A stretch of DNA of 64,000 nt from Raillietiella orientalis (Eukaryota), in assembly GCA_036172245.1 (NCBI GenBank), contig JAYWIR010000007.1, positions 4,216,001 to 4,280,000 on the forward strand. The letters are read 5' to 3'. The notes below the pieces were generated by a model that worked only from the letters and a program-made list of their open reading frames with translations, did not search any database and was not told the origin of the DNA. A program made the translations under genes and the position numbers. Below, piece by piece: positions 13,534 through 26,590 of this stretch (its first letter is position 1; each line of letters starts with the position of its first letter).

Positions 13534-15599
13534 CTCTACCAAACTGGAAGAAACAACTTATGCATGCTTGTTGGGGATAATTGTCCAACTATTATTCTCT
13601 ATCAAGTATTCCACTACTATTCATCTGTCACGCACACATTTTAATGGGACAAGGCAAATTGAATTAATAGTTCACCATTGGCCCTTATACACGTATTTAT
13701 TAAAATTTATGAAGCTGTTTGTTCAATAAGATTTATGTTTGCTACTCATGGTTCCGTCGACAAATGTTTTTGACTGTGTGGTAAGCACTTTCAGATCAAA
13801 ATGTCACGGCTATGTTTTCTACATTTTACAGGGATACGGCAACCTAATCCAATAAAAATTTCGAAAAATCTTATAAGTAACGCAAGCTAACGAAACGTAA
13901 TTCGGCAAGCTGCCTCTTTTACAAGCTTGGGCACGGTTACGGATGCGCGCAGTATGCAACATAGTGTCAGTTTTGCATTTTCAAACTCTGATTGCTCTGA
14001 AGTCTGAAGGTTGGTTGCACGCTACTATAAATCGGTTTGTTGATTATGCAAAAGAGTATTTACGTGAAACTCGCGACCCTGAACTGCTGATTAGAAAGAA
14101 TTCCCCGGTTGACGAACATTCACACTTGACGTGCACCATGCACTTTTAGCAAACTGGGCAACGAATGATCATGCAAGCACTGAAGGAACTTTTCTTCACT
14201 TCATCAAGCTAAAATTTTTTCAACATGTGGAATGCCACTTTCCAGGTGGCACAAACCCACTGGCAACCAATAGCAACAACTTCATGTTGAATGAAAACGG
14301 TAAAGAAAATAAAAATAATAAAAAAAAAACAATTGAGAAATCCGTTAGCGCTTCGCCGCCTCGCAAAGTTTTACTTAAAGGAATTTCAAGTGAATTTTCG
14401 AAATTCAAAGAATATGACTGAAGGTTTTGGGAAGGGGGGGTCATCTTTTGCAGATAGAACCAAACTCGACTTGCCTTTGCTCCGCATCCACGATACCTCC
14501 AACTTCCGCAGCAAGCAACTCTGGCAGCGCCGAGTCTGCACGCCTGCCGCTGCGACACCCCGATTTTTCGCGTCATTTGCAGTTGTTTTCCAAATTATTA
14601 CTATAAATTAAACAAAAAAAAATACGCCCTTAAAAAGTGCGTGCTGAAGTTAACGTCTTCCGTTCAAAATTATTCTTGCTGAACGATCTGGAATTCACCG
14701 ACAGTTCATAACTTGGTCGGGGCCAATTTAAAAGGTCGCACCCCAATGTTGCACATTGGAGGACACCGCGAGGTCCGATGGATCGGGGAAGTCTTGTGCA
14801 GAAACAGTTCCTTGCGGGAGCCGCATTCCATTCCATTAGAGTGAAGTAATGGAATGACAACTCACCCAAAAACAAGGCAATTTCTCGAAAAAGCAACCGA
14901 GAGATGTGAAAAAAAAAAAAAAAAAAGGAGAGGGAACTTCAGCGAATTCTTCAGCTTCAGCATTTCCTCATCGCAAATCTCGAAAAAAAAAAATAAAAAA
15001 AAAATACGAATTCTCTTTAATCGCTGTGGAGAGTTTCTGATCTTCAATTTACTGCCAAAAAAAATCAAAAATAAAACATCACCCGTAATATTCAGCAGAA
15101 CTCATCATTATCGACGTTAGGAATAATCATGAATGCCGCGCCAAATATTTATACATGAATATCCCACACACTCCCAAATGTGTGTTTGCCAAAGGACTAG
15201 GGGTGCCCCTCACCACCCGGTCCCAAGCTTGGTTGTGCGGGATCCAAGGGTACAGCATCAGGAAACCCTGCATGACAGTACACGGAAATTCCTCAAATCC
15301 TGTTGATTTAAATCGGGAAAGGAAAACGGGAAACCTCAGCCGTTCTGGACTAATCTACCTGCTGAACACTCTAGTTTCATGTGACCTGAAATGAACTCAC
15401 TAAAAAGGCATCCTATCAAAAGCTCGGGATTGCTGCCAGTAGAATAAAAAACCCTGTGGTCGAATAGTTCGTTAAGGAATGCACGTCAGCTTTTGAGAAG
15501 ACAGGATTTCCTATTTCAGTGACAACGAGCTGGTTTTTGTAGAACACGGACAATTATAGAAGCTTCGACATTGCGTGCCAGAAGAGAAATCTTTCAGAT

Positions 15600-15900
15600 G
15601 ACTCATCCACTAAGATCAAGAAGGGACTGCGAGAGTCAAAGAGTATTAAATTTGGCCCTTGATTGTCTAATAAAACGTAACTTCCCCGCAGTCAGCTACC
15701 TCTGCAAGGTGAGACCGTAAGGAGAGCTTGAAGAAACTGCTTCCATTGCCAAGGCCATGCCAGTATGCCAGTTCGCCCTCGTAGAGAGCTTTCGGGTCAT
15801 ATGAAGGTTTTCCTAAAAGATGTAATCTTGATTCAAGCAAAGATGTATCACCGTGCGCTGTGATGACTGAGATTCTCCGATAGCTGAATCTTGAGCTTGT
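15600..15900 (-). mobile_element. Degenerate RTE-clade LINE 3' ORF fragment
   Basis: Minus frame SRLHLLGKPSYDPKALYEGELAYWHGLGNG..KLSLRSHL resembles the RTE/BovB post-RT motif R.PK..LYGEL..G.R..G...K..LK..L. Confidence 0.45.
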
Positions 15901-17039
15901 TTTCCTTTCATAGAAAGAACTCAATAAAGTGCGTCCCCACAAAAAGCAAAAAAACGATCTACTATTTATTTTATTATTTTTGAACACCATTCTTTATCGA
16001 GATAACTTGTTATCAGAGTTCATCGGACACTCCTGCAGAGCAGATCAGAAATTATCTGCGGATATCAGTCAAACTAAAGCACACAGCAGAATTATTTGAT
16101 GCTCCAGCATTGTGCACAGAGGACACAACCAGCTAGATGTCACGATGATGGTACTTTACTTATCTTTCTACAGCAATCATGCATGTTCGATGCACATACT
16201 TCAGTTTGCCACATAAGGAGATACAATCGTTAAAAAAAAAAAAAGGAGATAAAAACACAAAGAAAAGGTAGCAACCGATACAAAAGTGATCGGTGCCTTA
16301 CAGAACTCCCACCGTGCTGGAGGAATGGCGCACCGGAAACCAACAAGAGACGTCTCAGCTCGACTGCTTTACACCTGTCTTTTGCGTCGAAGTATCAATC
16401 GTGAAATGCGTCGAGTGGGAAGCCACTAAGATTAATAATACACATATATTTGTATATTTATTAATTCATTTGGAGGATGACATCGCAATGGGTAGGGAAT
16501 TAGGAGGCTTGTCCTTGGCACACTGGAAACACAACTGCGGAAAGGCGAAGACCTTGGTGCAGCGACACTGTGAGGGGTTCAAGGCAAGCAGCCGACGATC
16601 TGGCGGTCGCTTCGGCCCGAGCCGGGCACGGCAGCGCACTTCGTTCTCAACATTTGTCCACAAATCAACGTCGGTGTGCCGTTCGTTCCTTCACCCTCTT
16701 TCCCCAGTCCGTCTCGCAGTGGGGTGAATTTATGGAAACAGAAAAAAAACCAATCCCACTACAGTCACGCAAACAACACAGCACACCATCACTGATGCGG
16801 CCTGCGTGGGTACAACACTACACGGTCCTGGACGCACTACTCGCAGGCAATGCGGGAGTCCAAGCTGGAACTCTTCCGCACGCCCGGATGTTCATCTCCC
16901 TTTTCAGGAGTCCTGAGAGAAGTGCGCACATGTCCGTGGGTCAATTTGGTCCTTCTGACGAGGATGCTCCTCAGGAAGAAGGATGCCTCTTCCTTCACTC
17001 TGCACGTCCTTCGAAGCCGAACGCGAAATCTACGATGAT

Positions 17040-17880
17040 GGAAATCCTTTTCTGTCTTCGCAGTTCTTCGACACGGTTCCACGCCATCCGAGGGTGGGTA
17101 GAACCTTCCAGATAGGGGGTACCCCAGGAGGGGTCCGCCCTATGAATCCTGGAAGGACTTGGAGTCCGTTCCTCTCACGCCTGGGTAAGGATCCCCGGAA
17201 ATCACCTCCACCCTGGTTGTCTCCGAAGGTTAATCCCCTTATTCTCTCTGGAGAACCCCGGGGGTCCGCTCCATTTTTTCTTCTCTGGAGAGAACCCGGA
17301 AAGGATCTGCTCCTGGAATTTCTTCTCTGGAGGAATCCCCCGCAAGGGATCCTCTCCTGTTTACTCCTCTGGAGAGAACCCAGAAGAGACGCCTCCGAAA
17401 TTCAGAAAGACGCTGCTTCCCCGAAGGGATCGGCTCGCTTCTCTGCGCTCTCTGGAGAGGCGGTGGCGACACACCTACTCCATCAGTAGGACGATGGAGG
17501 GTCCCCCGGGATGGGGGGCTCACAGCCGGAGGGGAGCTCCCCTCTGTGATTCCTGGAAGGACCCGGAGGTCGACTCCCATTTGTCCCGGCCCTCATCGGG
17601 GGGCATCCGGTTTGAACCGCTACCAGTGCCGCACCCGGATGAATGTGGACCAACCAGCGTCATCTTGTGGGGTGAACTCGGAACCCACGACGCACTGCGC
17701 CGATTCTTTTCGGAGTACTTCGAACCCACGACGCATGGTGCCACGCGCGGAGACCACCGTAACCACACGGCCTCCGACGCGGGCGTCTGGTGCGTGCGTG
17801 AGTGTTTATCGTTCCGTTTCGAAAGCCCTGAGGACGTTGCCGGTGCGTTTCGAGTGCGAAACCTTCCACGGATTTTTGGT
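17040..17880 (-). mobile_element. Copy A of a dispersed repeat family (probable 5' leader of an RLE-type non-LTR retrotransposon)
   Basis: The reverse complement shares blocks with 19015-19770: GCGTCGTGGGTT.CGAGT..CCC.CAAGATGACGCTGGTTGG, CCTCCGGG.TCCTTCCAGGAATCA, TTCC.GGAT.CATAGGG.GG.CCC and CACCCTCGG.TG. Confidence 0.75.
17243..17460. repeat. Imperfect ~40-bp tandem repeat inside copy A
   Basis: Core CTCTGGAG(A)GAA(C/T)CC recurs at about 17245, 17283, 17324 and 17366, with a partial copy near 17449. Confidence 0.7.
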
Positions 17881-19014
17881 TTTCGAACGCCAAGGCCTCC
17901 AGTACGTGGGAAGAAGGTCCCCCCGAGGGTCTGTTCCAGGCGTTTCCTCTGTCTGGCTAGCTCTCCCCCTCCCCCCCTCCACGGCGCATCCCTCAACACG
18001 GCGGGAGGTCAGCTCGCCAGTGTCGGAGGCGGTCGCATCAGCTCCGCTCGCGGGCCTGAAAACCCCGTTCTTGGCAGGCGCCCTCGCCTCATGCCCGGCG
18101 AACCCAGCTCGCGGTGGTTCCGTCGCCGTCTCCAGAACTGCTGATACGGGAACTTTCGGAGGAGGAGGGTGCGGAAGAACGCGTCTGGGATCGGACCCTC
18201 GAGCAGCAGTCGACGACCTGGAGTCTCCGGAGCGGCCATCGGGCGCCAACAAATCTCGCGCGCAGCACGCACCGTCTGTGATTAGACGCTCAGTTTCACC
18301 TCCCTCCTTTTGATTGGTCAAGGCTCAAAGAAAAAAAAAAATATAACGTTTTTCCCTTTTTCCACAAGGTTCTTGAAAGTCGGTTTTGGAGGAGGTTTGC
18401 TGACCGGTAGCTTCGACTTGACCACCGCCCTTTTGAGCGATCCAATCCCGTGCGACTGTTTGCTTCCGAGTGCGACGGTGGAACACTCGGATGCCGGCGG
18501 CGCCTCTGTTTGGGTGCGTGCGTCATTTCCGTGCTTCGCCTGCTAGGACTCGGGGCGCGGCGAGGTGCACGCGCGTCTCCCCCGGCGGAACAGCCGCTGT
18601 GCGACCTCAAAGATGGCAGGCGACGGGGGCTATGGCGTGGCGTTTCCCAGGGCTGCGATGAGGAGGCGATGCTCCAGCGGGCGCCCCGGTGCCGCTCCCA
18701 AACGAAGAGGGCGGATTCTCGCGGGGGCCGAGCGAGCCCGCGGCCGACCCGCGAAGACCCCCGCGTGAAGCGAGGGAGTCAGTGAGGGGTGGCGCGACGC
18801 GCGCGCGCAGCCACACAGGGCGATCTTCGAAGGCGTCTCGAAGTAGGTTAGGGGAATGGGGAAAAGGTCCTTTCCCTTCCTCCTCCCCGTTTATTTCCTA
18901 TCCACCCCGGGGGGAATCGGCGACGAGGGACAGCGTTTGGCTTGCGCCGTCGGGAGGTGCGCCCACTGGCCTATCCAAGGCGAGATTCGCAGATGACTCG
19001 CGCGCTCCCCCCGC

Positions 19015-19770
19015 AGGTTAGGACGGGAAGTTTCGAGCGCGGATACCCGCCCTCAGGTGGTCCGAGGGAAGAGCCGAAGACACCCCACGCTCGCGGGGGA
19101 CGTTGGTATAGCGCCACCGTCCACCTGAAGGGGGTGCCGCATGGCTGTGGCGGTCTCCGAGAGCGGCGTACCGAGCGTCGCGAGTTCGGACCCGGGGAAG
19201 GTGCGACGGGGGGGGAGGGGCGTCGTGGGTTTCGAGTCCCCCGCAAGATGACGCTGGTTGGCCTATTCAGGTGCGGCGGCACCGGGCCGGAAACTCCCGA
19301 TAACCCCGTTGACTGACCGGGATTGGAAGTTGACCCTCCGGGATCCTTCCAGGAATCAATGAGTCCTTCAGGACTCCCCTCCTGTTGCGGGATTGGAACC
19401 GTCCGCCCACCCCCCTCACAGGGGATCCCTCCATCTCTAGTACCGTGGAGCTGATTGGTACTCCCCTCTCGGGAGGAGTGCCTCTCCAGAGCGTATGGAG
19501 CGCCTTTCGGAGAAATCGGGAAGAATCCCTTCGGGGTTCTCTTCGGAAACAACCAGGGCTAGAGTTCCCTTCGGGGTTCCCTCTTAAGTGTGAGAGGAAC
19601 GGACTCCCCTCTCCGGAACCCTTCCTGGATCCATAGGGTGGTCCCTCTGGGGTCGCACACACTCCCAACTGGAATGGTCAGCACTCACCCTCGGGTGGTG
19701 TGGGCAGAGTCAAAGAGCTCCGTGACTTCCTCCCCCTCCCTCCTTCTTGAAGAGGCAAACGGTTCTTCGG
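19015..19770 (+). mobile_element. Copy B of the same repeat family, inverted relative to copy A
   Basis: Shares blocks with copy A. Also shares TTCCTGGAT.CATAGGGTGGTCCCTC, CACCCTCGGGTG, AAAGAGCT.CGTGA and GAGGC.AACGGTTCTTC.G with 63014-63165. Confidence 0.75.
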
Positions 19771-22700
19771 CGCTTGGAGAGCCCGAGAGGTGGGAGTCAG
19801 TTTGAGATGGGCGCAGAAGCAGCCGTGGTCGTCAGGTCCATTCGAGGAGCTGACGACGACGCCCCCCCTCCCCCCTTCCCCACATCGATCCGGACCCCCC
19901 CGACTCTTCCTCCTGCACGCGGTGACGTCTGCGACACTTTCGCTTTTTTCTCCGAAGGGGGAGGATGTCCCGGGATCCTTGTGGGGAATCTCTCGCTCCC
20001 ACCCTCACCTCCCGCGAGCGCTATGCTCAGCAAACGAGCACCCGTCCAGGGTCAGACGACGAGGCATCCTACGGGGTCGGGTGGCATCTGGAGAAAATCT
20101 CCCAGCACGCGTCCAGTCTCTGGTGGCTGGAGGTGAAGAACGGGAGGGAGGATGATCCGGTCTAGTTAGGGTGCACACGATCTGGCTAGGGCGATTCTCC
20201 CGGGAAGGTACTCGGCCAGTGGGAGTCCACGTCGCCCACTACTGCCGGCCTTCCGCGGAATGCGCGGGGGAGGAAGAAGGAGCGGTGTGATGAGCGTTCC
20301 TCCCCACCCCCCAACCCTGGGAGCGCTCGATCCTCATCGGTCGATTCGCAGCCATCCATCGCCACAGCCCTGTCCTCCTCTGCCTGCCCGCGCGCCCAGT
20401 TCGTCCCGGAGAGCGCCCGACACCTCTCGGTTTGACAGGCGAGCGAGAGTCCGGGATGCTTCTTCCCTTCCGTACCCGTCCCCTCCTCAGCCTTTCCGAG
20501 GGGGAACGGGGGCACTCCGGGGCAGGGAGCGTCCCTGAGGAATTTCTCGAGTCGAATCTGCCGCCTCCCGGCTCCCTCCCGCTGCCGCCCTCGAGTCGCC
20601 TCACGATCAGCCTCCCCGGGGAGGGAAAGAGCTGAGAAGTGCCGCTGAAGGGCGCCCTCGAGCCTCTCGTGCGGCCTCGCAGTGGGCCGGCTCACCTCCG
20701 GAGCTCGGGCAGGAGAGCTGCTCCAATGGACTGGCAACACAGAGGCCCGGAAGGCTCGCCGGGGACGGAGCTGCTCGGGGGGGAAGGAGATGCGCACCTC
20801 CCCTTCGTCCGCGAGCCTCGTACGTCTCAGGGACTGGGCGGCCGCCGGCTCCGTCCGAGCTTCAGGGGATTGCGGAGGACAGCCAAGCCAGGGTCCCGTG
20901 GAAGGGAAGGTGAGAGGGCAGAGAGCCTCAGAGGGGATGCACCCACGCTCGAGGAGCGCTCCCCTTCCATCCCAAACTGAGGTTCTTCCCCTCCCCCTCA
21001 TCGCCGATTCTCACCCGGTCAAAGTCCTTCTGTCGCGTCCCTGGTCGCCCGGATCCTCCTCTCCGCGCTCGGGAGGCCAGTCTCTGCTGCCCTTTCCGGG
21101 AACATCGTCCGGGAAAGGGAGCCCACGTAGGGACCACGCTCGAGCATCGTCTCCTCCGTGGGCAGAGAAAAACCGGAAAGAAAAAACTACCCCCGTTCAC
21201 TTGAATGCTCCCTCCTCATCCTCGTCGATCCTTCTTGTTTCCGGGTTGAGCCTCCCTACTGCACATTGGGTGGAGAAGGAACTAGGAGGAAAGGAGGAAG
21301 GAGAAGGGGGCATCCCTGCTTTTTGGAGTGATGAGCTTGAAGAGTGGCCCCGGACCCAGAGGGAGGGCTCCTCTTGCACACAACCATCCTCGGTGCAAGG
21401 TCAAGGCTGCTTCTTTGTCTGTTCCTCTCCCTTCCGCCCCCTCCCCCTTCCCCACAGGTCGCCTCCACCACCGGCACGGCGGCTGATCCCTGGAGGAAAG
21501 GATGCTCTGGAGGTGACGGAGGAGGAGGAAGGGAGGAGGACTTTCCTGGGTGGGCGCGACCCCGGGGCCGAGGCGAATCGACGCACCTCCCGCGAGCAGC
21601 GGTCCAGAGCCATTGCGCGGGGCGGCACGACGCCGGGAAGGACGCCCCGATGAATCACGGGCGAGAGGGCATGCCCTCCGCCTGGAGATAAGGGCGGCGC
21701 GCGTGCATTAAAGGGTGAGTCTGCAGTCCCTTAATGGTCCCCGCGGGGACTGGGCGAGCGTCCGGCACTGTCTCCCTCGGAGCGAAAGGGGCGACCGCGT
21801 CACGATCTCCTGCCCTGGAGATGGCCGAGAGGTCCGGCAGCGACCGCGACGCGGGAATCTGGGATCGCTCTCCGGGGAAAAAGACCGGGGGGACGGATCG
21901 GGAGGCGGGGGTGGAAGCTGGAAGGAAGGCGAGGGGAAGAAGGTATCCTGTTGATGAGAAGGGCCGCATGCGATAAGAGAGAAAGGGGGATAGGAGCGGC
22001 GTCCCCGAGAGAGGGCGGCGGTATCCCGATTATAGAGGCGCTCTCGACAGGGAGGATCCGGAAGCGCCACTCGCCGAGAATTTCCGTCTCCCAGGCGTTT
22101 CCAGGACTCTGGGGATCGCTTTCCGCAGCATCGAAGTTTACAAGAAAGGGAGGAGGAGTGGAGAAGGGGGAAGATCCTTATCTCTCTTCCCACCGCTTCG
22201 TACGCCCTGAGGGGTGGGGAGGGAGCTCTAGGAAAACAGCCAGGATGAAGAAGGGAGCAACGAGGAAGGCGTGAGTGAGGTCCCCGTTAGATCGGGGGTC
22301 GAGAGAGAACATGTTTGGGTTCTTGAAACGCCCTGAGAAATCTTCTGGGATGGCTCGAAGAGTCCCCGACCTCATCTGGACGCCAGCCTTTCCCTTTCCT
22401 TTTTCTCCTCCACTTTCTCGACCCTCGGTCCATCGCAAGCGGCGCAACGTGCCCTCCCCCACCCCCAGCGCAGGGCGGCTGCCTCCCTCCAAGAGTGATG
22501 GTCGATGGTCACCACGTAGACCACGAGGGCTCCTTGCCCCCACTTCCCGAAGTGATCCCTTCCCCTCCCCAAGGAGACGGGAGACCATCCGAGGATGGGA
22601 GAGGAGAAACTGTGTTCATCACGGGACCACCTCGGGGCCGGGTGGGGAGCGACATGAGGGTTTTCTCTCGCCGGGGAGGTCGGGAGCGAAGGGCAACGAC

Positions 22701-23139
22701 GGTCCTTCTGGGATTGGCAGCGGAGGAGTCGTCAGCTGGCCGCACTCCGGGGACGATTCGTAGAGCCACGCCTCAGCCGGGAAGGCAGTTGGAGGCGCCA
22801 CCCACTGCCGCGGCGGCGGCGGGATGGCGTGTCACTTCCTTCCTCCCCCATCCTTTCATTGCTTTTGAAGGGCGGGGCCACCGTTCCCCACGAGGAGGCA
22901 GTCCAGTGTCCCCGTAGACCCTCCTTCCAGCCAGTCCCGCGCCCCCTCGTGGATCTCCAGGCGCAATGCCTTTATCCACGCCAGCTCCATTGGCGCATCT
23001 CTGCAGCTTCGGAAAAGATGCTGGCGCGGCTCCCGCAACCACCACTCCATCGGTGTGACCTCGGCTGGTAGCAGAGAGACCGCCATCTGCCAATCCCCCC
23101 CCTCCTTCCCGAAGAGGCGCTGTCTGTCCCTGCCTCGTC

Positions 23140-24730
23140 ACTTCCGGATGGTCTCCGGGGGCGCTGAGGGCATCTTTGGCTGCGCTTCCGAGTAGGTGAG
23201 GGGGTCGGTTGCGTCTCTAGAAAGGGCGGGAGGCATTCTCCCGGGAAAGCTGAGGAAGTGGGAAGGAAGAGGCCTTCATAGGGAGGACAGGTCGTGAGCT
23301 TCTGAGATCCGAGCGCTCCCGGACTTCGCCCCTACGCGCTCCCTCGTTTCCACCCTTGCATAAGCCGCATCCCCTTCTTCCTCCCTCCTTCCCTCCCACC
23401 TACTTCCGCAGTCAGGAGGAGCTCCGACGAGCCCTAAACCTCTGGAACTTCCGCAAGGTCTCGAAGGGGGATCTCTCAATTTCGCCGTTCCCCGGGAACC
23501 CTTCGCGTCCCGGAGAAAGGGATTCCCCCTTCTCCCTGCTTGCTGTCGCCTCCTTCCGGGCTGCCGACAGCGTATGTGCCACCCTCCCGGAGAATAACCT
23601 CGGACCCCGGGCTTTCTTTGCATCCCAGAGGTCGATGCCAGAGGGCGGGCCACCTTCCAGGAGGAGTGGGAAGTGCGCCGTCTCTCCCCTCCCCTAATCT
23701 TGGAGCCGGCGAGGTGGTCGCTTTCGGCGGAGGCGGTTCGCAGATCCTCCCCATGGCTCGGTCCGCCGTCTCGGGGTCCCTCTTCCCCTCCCTTACTCCG
23801 GGCTTCTGCCCCGGACCGCGCGGATGCTCTCCCTTTCCTCCTCGGCTTCCGTCTGGTTGCGTGGTAACAGAGTTCCCACGTCTCTACTCGTCACAGTCGC
23901 CGCTGCCGCCTCTCAGGAGGAAGGAAGGAAGGACCTTTCCCTTCCGGTTCGGGTTGCGGGACCATCACGATCTCGAGAACGCAAGGAGCTTGGAGGAGGA
24001 GGGGCTCCAGGAGCGCTCCCGGGAAGGACGACACCCGGGCGCGTCGTCCTTCCGCCCGGTCGAGAGCGGCCGGACGCACCAGGAAGTCTCGCTCCAGTGC
24101 GCGCATCATCTCTTCCGGAGGGAGCGGTTCATTCGAACTGCGAAGTCGCGATCGGGGCACCGGGCTCTTTCTCCTTCGAGAGATTTGACGAGAGGAGATG
24201 TCATTGAGGTTGCCGACGTCTTCATCTGGAATGAGTCCCTCCTCTCCCTTCCTCCCTCCTCAACCCTCGCACATGGACACCCAGCACGAATGCCCCGTGG
24301 GTCGCACATGCCTCTGAGGCCACTCTGGCTCTTTTCTTTCCGCTTCTTTGAGCCCTCGGATGCGTTTCCATGGACACGCTGCGGCCTCTCTGGGTTCGCA
24401 ACTCGAGACTCTCCTCCGAGGAAGCCTAGCTCGTCCAGATGGACCCAAAGGGACGGAGACCAGTCCCTTTCCACCCACTCGCCACCTCGCTCCCTCCCGA
24501 AGAGCACTCGAGGCGCACGGGGACGGCGAGCTCCATGCTCGGGCGCGCCATCGCCTGGGGGATTCCAGTTTCCATCACCGCCGGCTGCACGTGGACCATA
24601 CCAATGGAAGGGAAGGGCAAAGGGCGAAGGGGGGGGAGGATGGCACGGCAAGTGCCCGTCGAATGACTCCCCGGTGAAGATCGAGGAAACTGCTTTCCAG
24701 GGCGCGAGAGAACACGAGAGACCCTGGGGA
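23140..24730 (+). mobile_element. Highly eroded non-LTR reverse transcriptase/RLE relic (R2/NeSL-like), possibly the body of copy B
   Basis: Ordered but frameshifted, degenerate motifs: SPG.EGI (cf. SPGPDGI), GILPGKLR, EEAFIGRTG, RPGERDSPFSLL (cf. RQGDPLSPLL), VVAFGGG..LPMARS (cf. AFADDL..A.S), ETAFQGARE (cf. AF..AR.K). Weak. Confidence 0.3.
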
Positions 24731-26590
24731 AGGGTCAGTGGACGACACTGATCCTCCCTATGCTCCCACGAGGGTAGGAAGTGGGGTGAGAACGAGGCAA
24801 AAGTCGCCATCGAGGTGGTTGGCGCAGCCAGGTGACCATCGGGACGGATCAGCGAGGAGATCTCGAGGGAGATGGGGTAGGGGGTGGGAGACCGGAAGAG
24901 GAATGGCAGGGATGAAAGCGGAAGGACCCAAGCCACGCTCGGAGGTGGGAAAATGGGATCTCTCCTTTTGGAAGGAGGGGAGGGGTAGGGGGTGGTATGA
25001 AGGAGGGATGCGCGCGCGCTTCCCCCATCTCACGCGAGTTTCCTCACCCAGCCCCTCCCCCCTCCCCCCTCCCCAGCAACGGCGCCTGGGGAACGGCGGG
25101 AGTCAGGGGGACGATTGAGTGGATGCAGCGGCGCGCGTCGGGAGAGAAGCCGTGGTTTAACGGCGCCTCCGCGACCCCTAGCGACGGGCATTAAACCCGA
25201 TAATCATCAGCCGGGAGAAGAGGATTACGCGGAGGCGTTTCATTAGGGATGGGGAGCGGGCGGGAGCGCTCCCTGATTCCCGGCGTCACGAGGTCGTTAC
25301 CGGGCCCTAGCGCACCAGGAATTCGCACTGACTTTTTCCTTTTTCTTTCCCTTCCACGAATGCTGCTGCCGCCGGAGGGAGACACCTCCCGGATGGGGTT
25401 GGGAGGTGCTTCCGCGGCTGCCGGAGCCCAGGCGAGAAAGCGGCCCCCTTCCGTGGAACGGAAGGAACCGGACGAGATCCGCCGAAGGGCAGGAGCAGGG
25501 ATCGCCGATTCGGAGTGCACCCGAATGAGGGAGCAACTTCCTGCCCGCCATCCAGGAAAAGGGTGGTGCTGCCGCCCGCCTCTCCGGACGAGGGAAAGCC
25601 TCGCGCCGGACCTGCGGCGGTGCCTGTGGGCTGCCTCGCCCCAGGGTCAAGGGCGTGGTAGGGCCAGGCACGTCCTTCCGATCTTTCGCTCTCCAAGACG
25701 AAGGGCGCTCGAGGGGAGAGCGGGGTGGGCTGTCTCTCCACTACCGGACGCTTCCTGCCAACCATGCCACCCGCCTCCGTCTAGAAATTAGCCTGCCTGC
25801 CACCAGCCACGGGGGAGCGTCTCTACAACCAAGGCTGCTCTCTCCCCTCCCCCGACCCTACTCGCTCTCCGCCCTCTCTTTCCCCCAACCACTTCTCTCT
25901 CATCTCGGGAGTGAGGATGGCACGGAGTCAAAGACTGGGGCTGATCGCCGCCACGCGTGCCATCTCGGCAGCATCACGACAGCCCCAGCACCCCTCTCCA
26001 CCCCGTTCCCCAGCGTCATTCCTTTCCTGCGGGTCACAGATTCTCTGGCCACAAGGGATGGAGTCCTCTGCCTGGCATCGCAAATCCGACAAGGTTGGCG
26101 GCCTAATGGAGCTGGCGACGTGCTGTGCCCGTCTGATCATCCGGAAGGAAACGTAGTCCCGAAATCGCATTCCTCCTCTTTCGGTATCTCCAGCATTTCG
26201 CAGAAGAACCGACCCACTCTGCACGCGCAACCACTGCCGACGAAAACCAGCAGCTGGAGAGACACGAGCAGCGTGGTCAATAGTGACCGCAACGACGAGC
26301 TCGACAGGTGTAGCTGATGCTGACGGCGATGGGATGAGGACCCAGGGGGAGGAGGCGGCAGCAGCGCCCGCCGACGGCCGCCACTGCGGAGGTGGCGGCA
26401 GAAAAAGCGGAGGAGCAGAGGGTAGCGCTCGTCCGCTCTCCTATCCGTGACCCCGTGAGCGCTCCCTCACCCAACCTCTTTCCGCAGAGAAGTGACCGCC
26501 GCGCTCCTCTGCGGGGCAAGAAAGAAGAGATCGTCTTCCCAGCTTCCTCCGAGACTACCGAATGAGCTCACCCCGAGGCGGTGGCGAACT

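Noticed and set aside
16950..17030. Hammerhead-like CTGACGA core
   Set aside because: No stem II followed by GAAA and no stem III/NUH arrangement was found.
17243..17460. Spaced ~40-bp repeats as a CRISPR-like array
   Set aside because: The units are degenerate, the intervening sequences are related to each other, no cas genes are present, and the context is eukaryotic.
19680..19710. HDV-like ribozyme suggested by CCCTCGG resembling the L3 loop TCCTCGC
   Set aside because: P1, P2, P1.1 and P3 could not be built consistently in all three copies; a simple hairpin fits better.
26137..26340. Minus-strand signal-peptide-like stretch plus cysteines (LLTTLLVSLQLLVFVGSGCACRVGRFFCE..ECDFG)
   Set aside because: No in-frame ATG back to the upstream stop, an early stop codon, and no convincing splice context.
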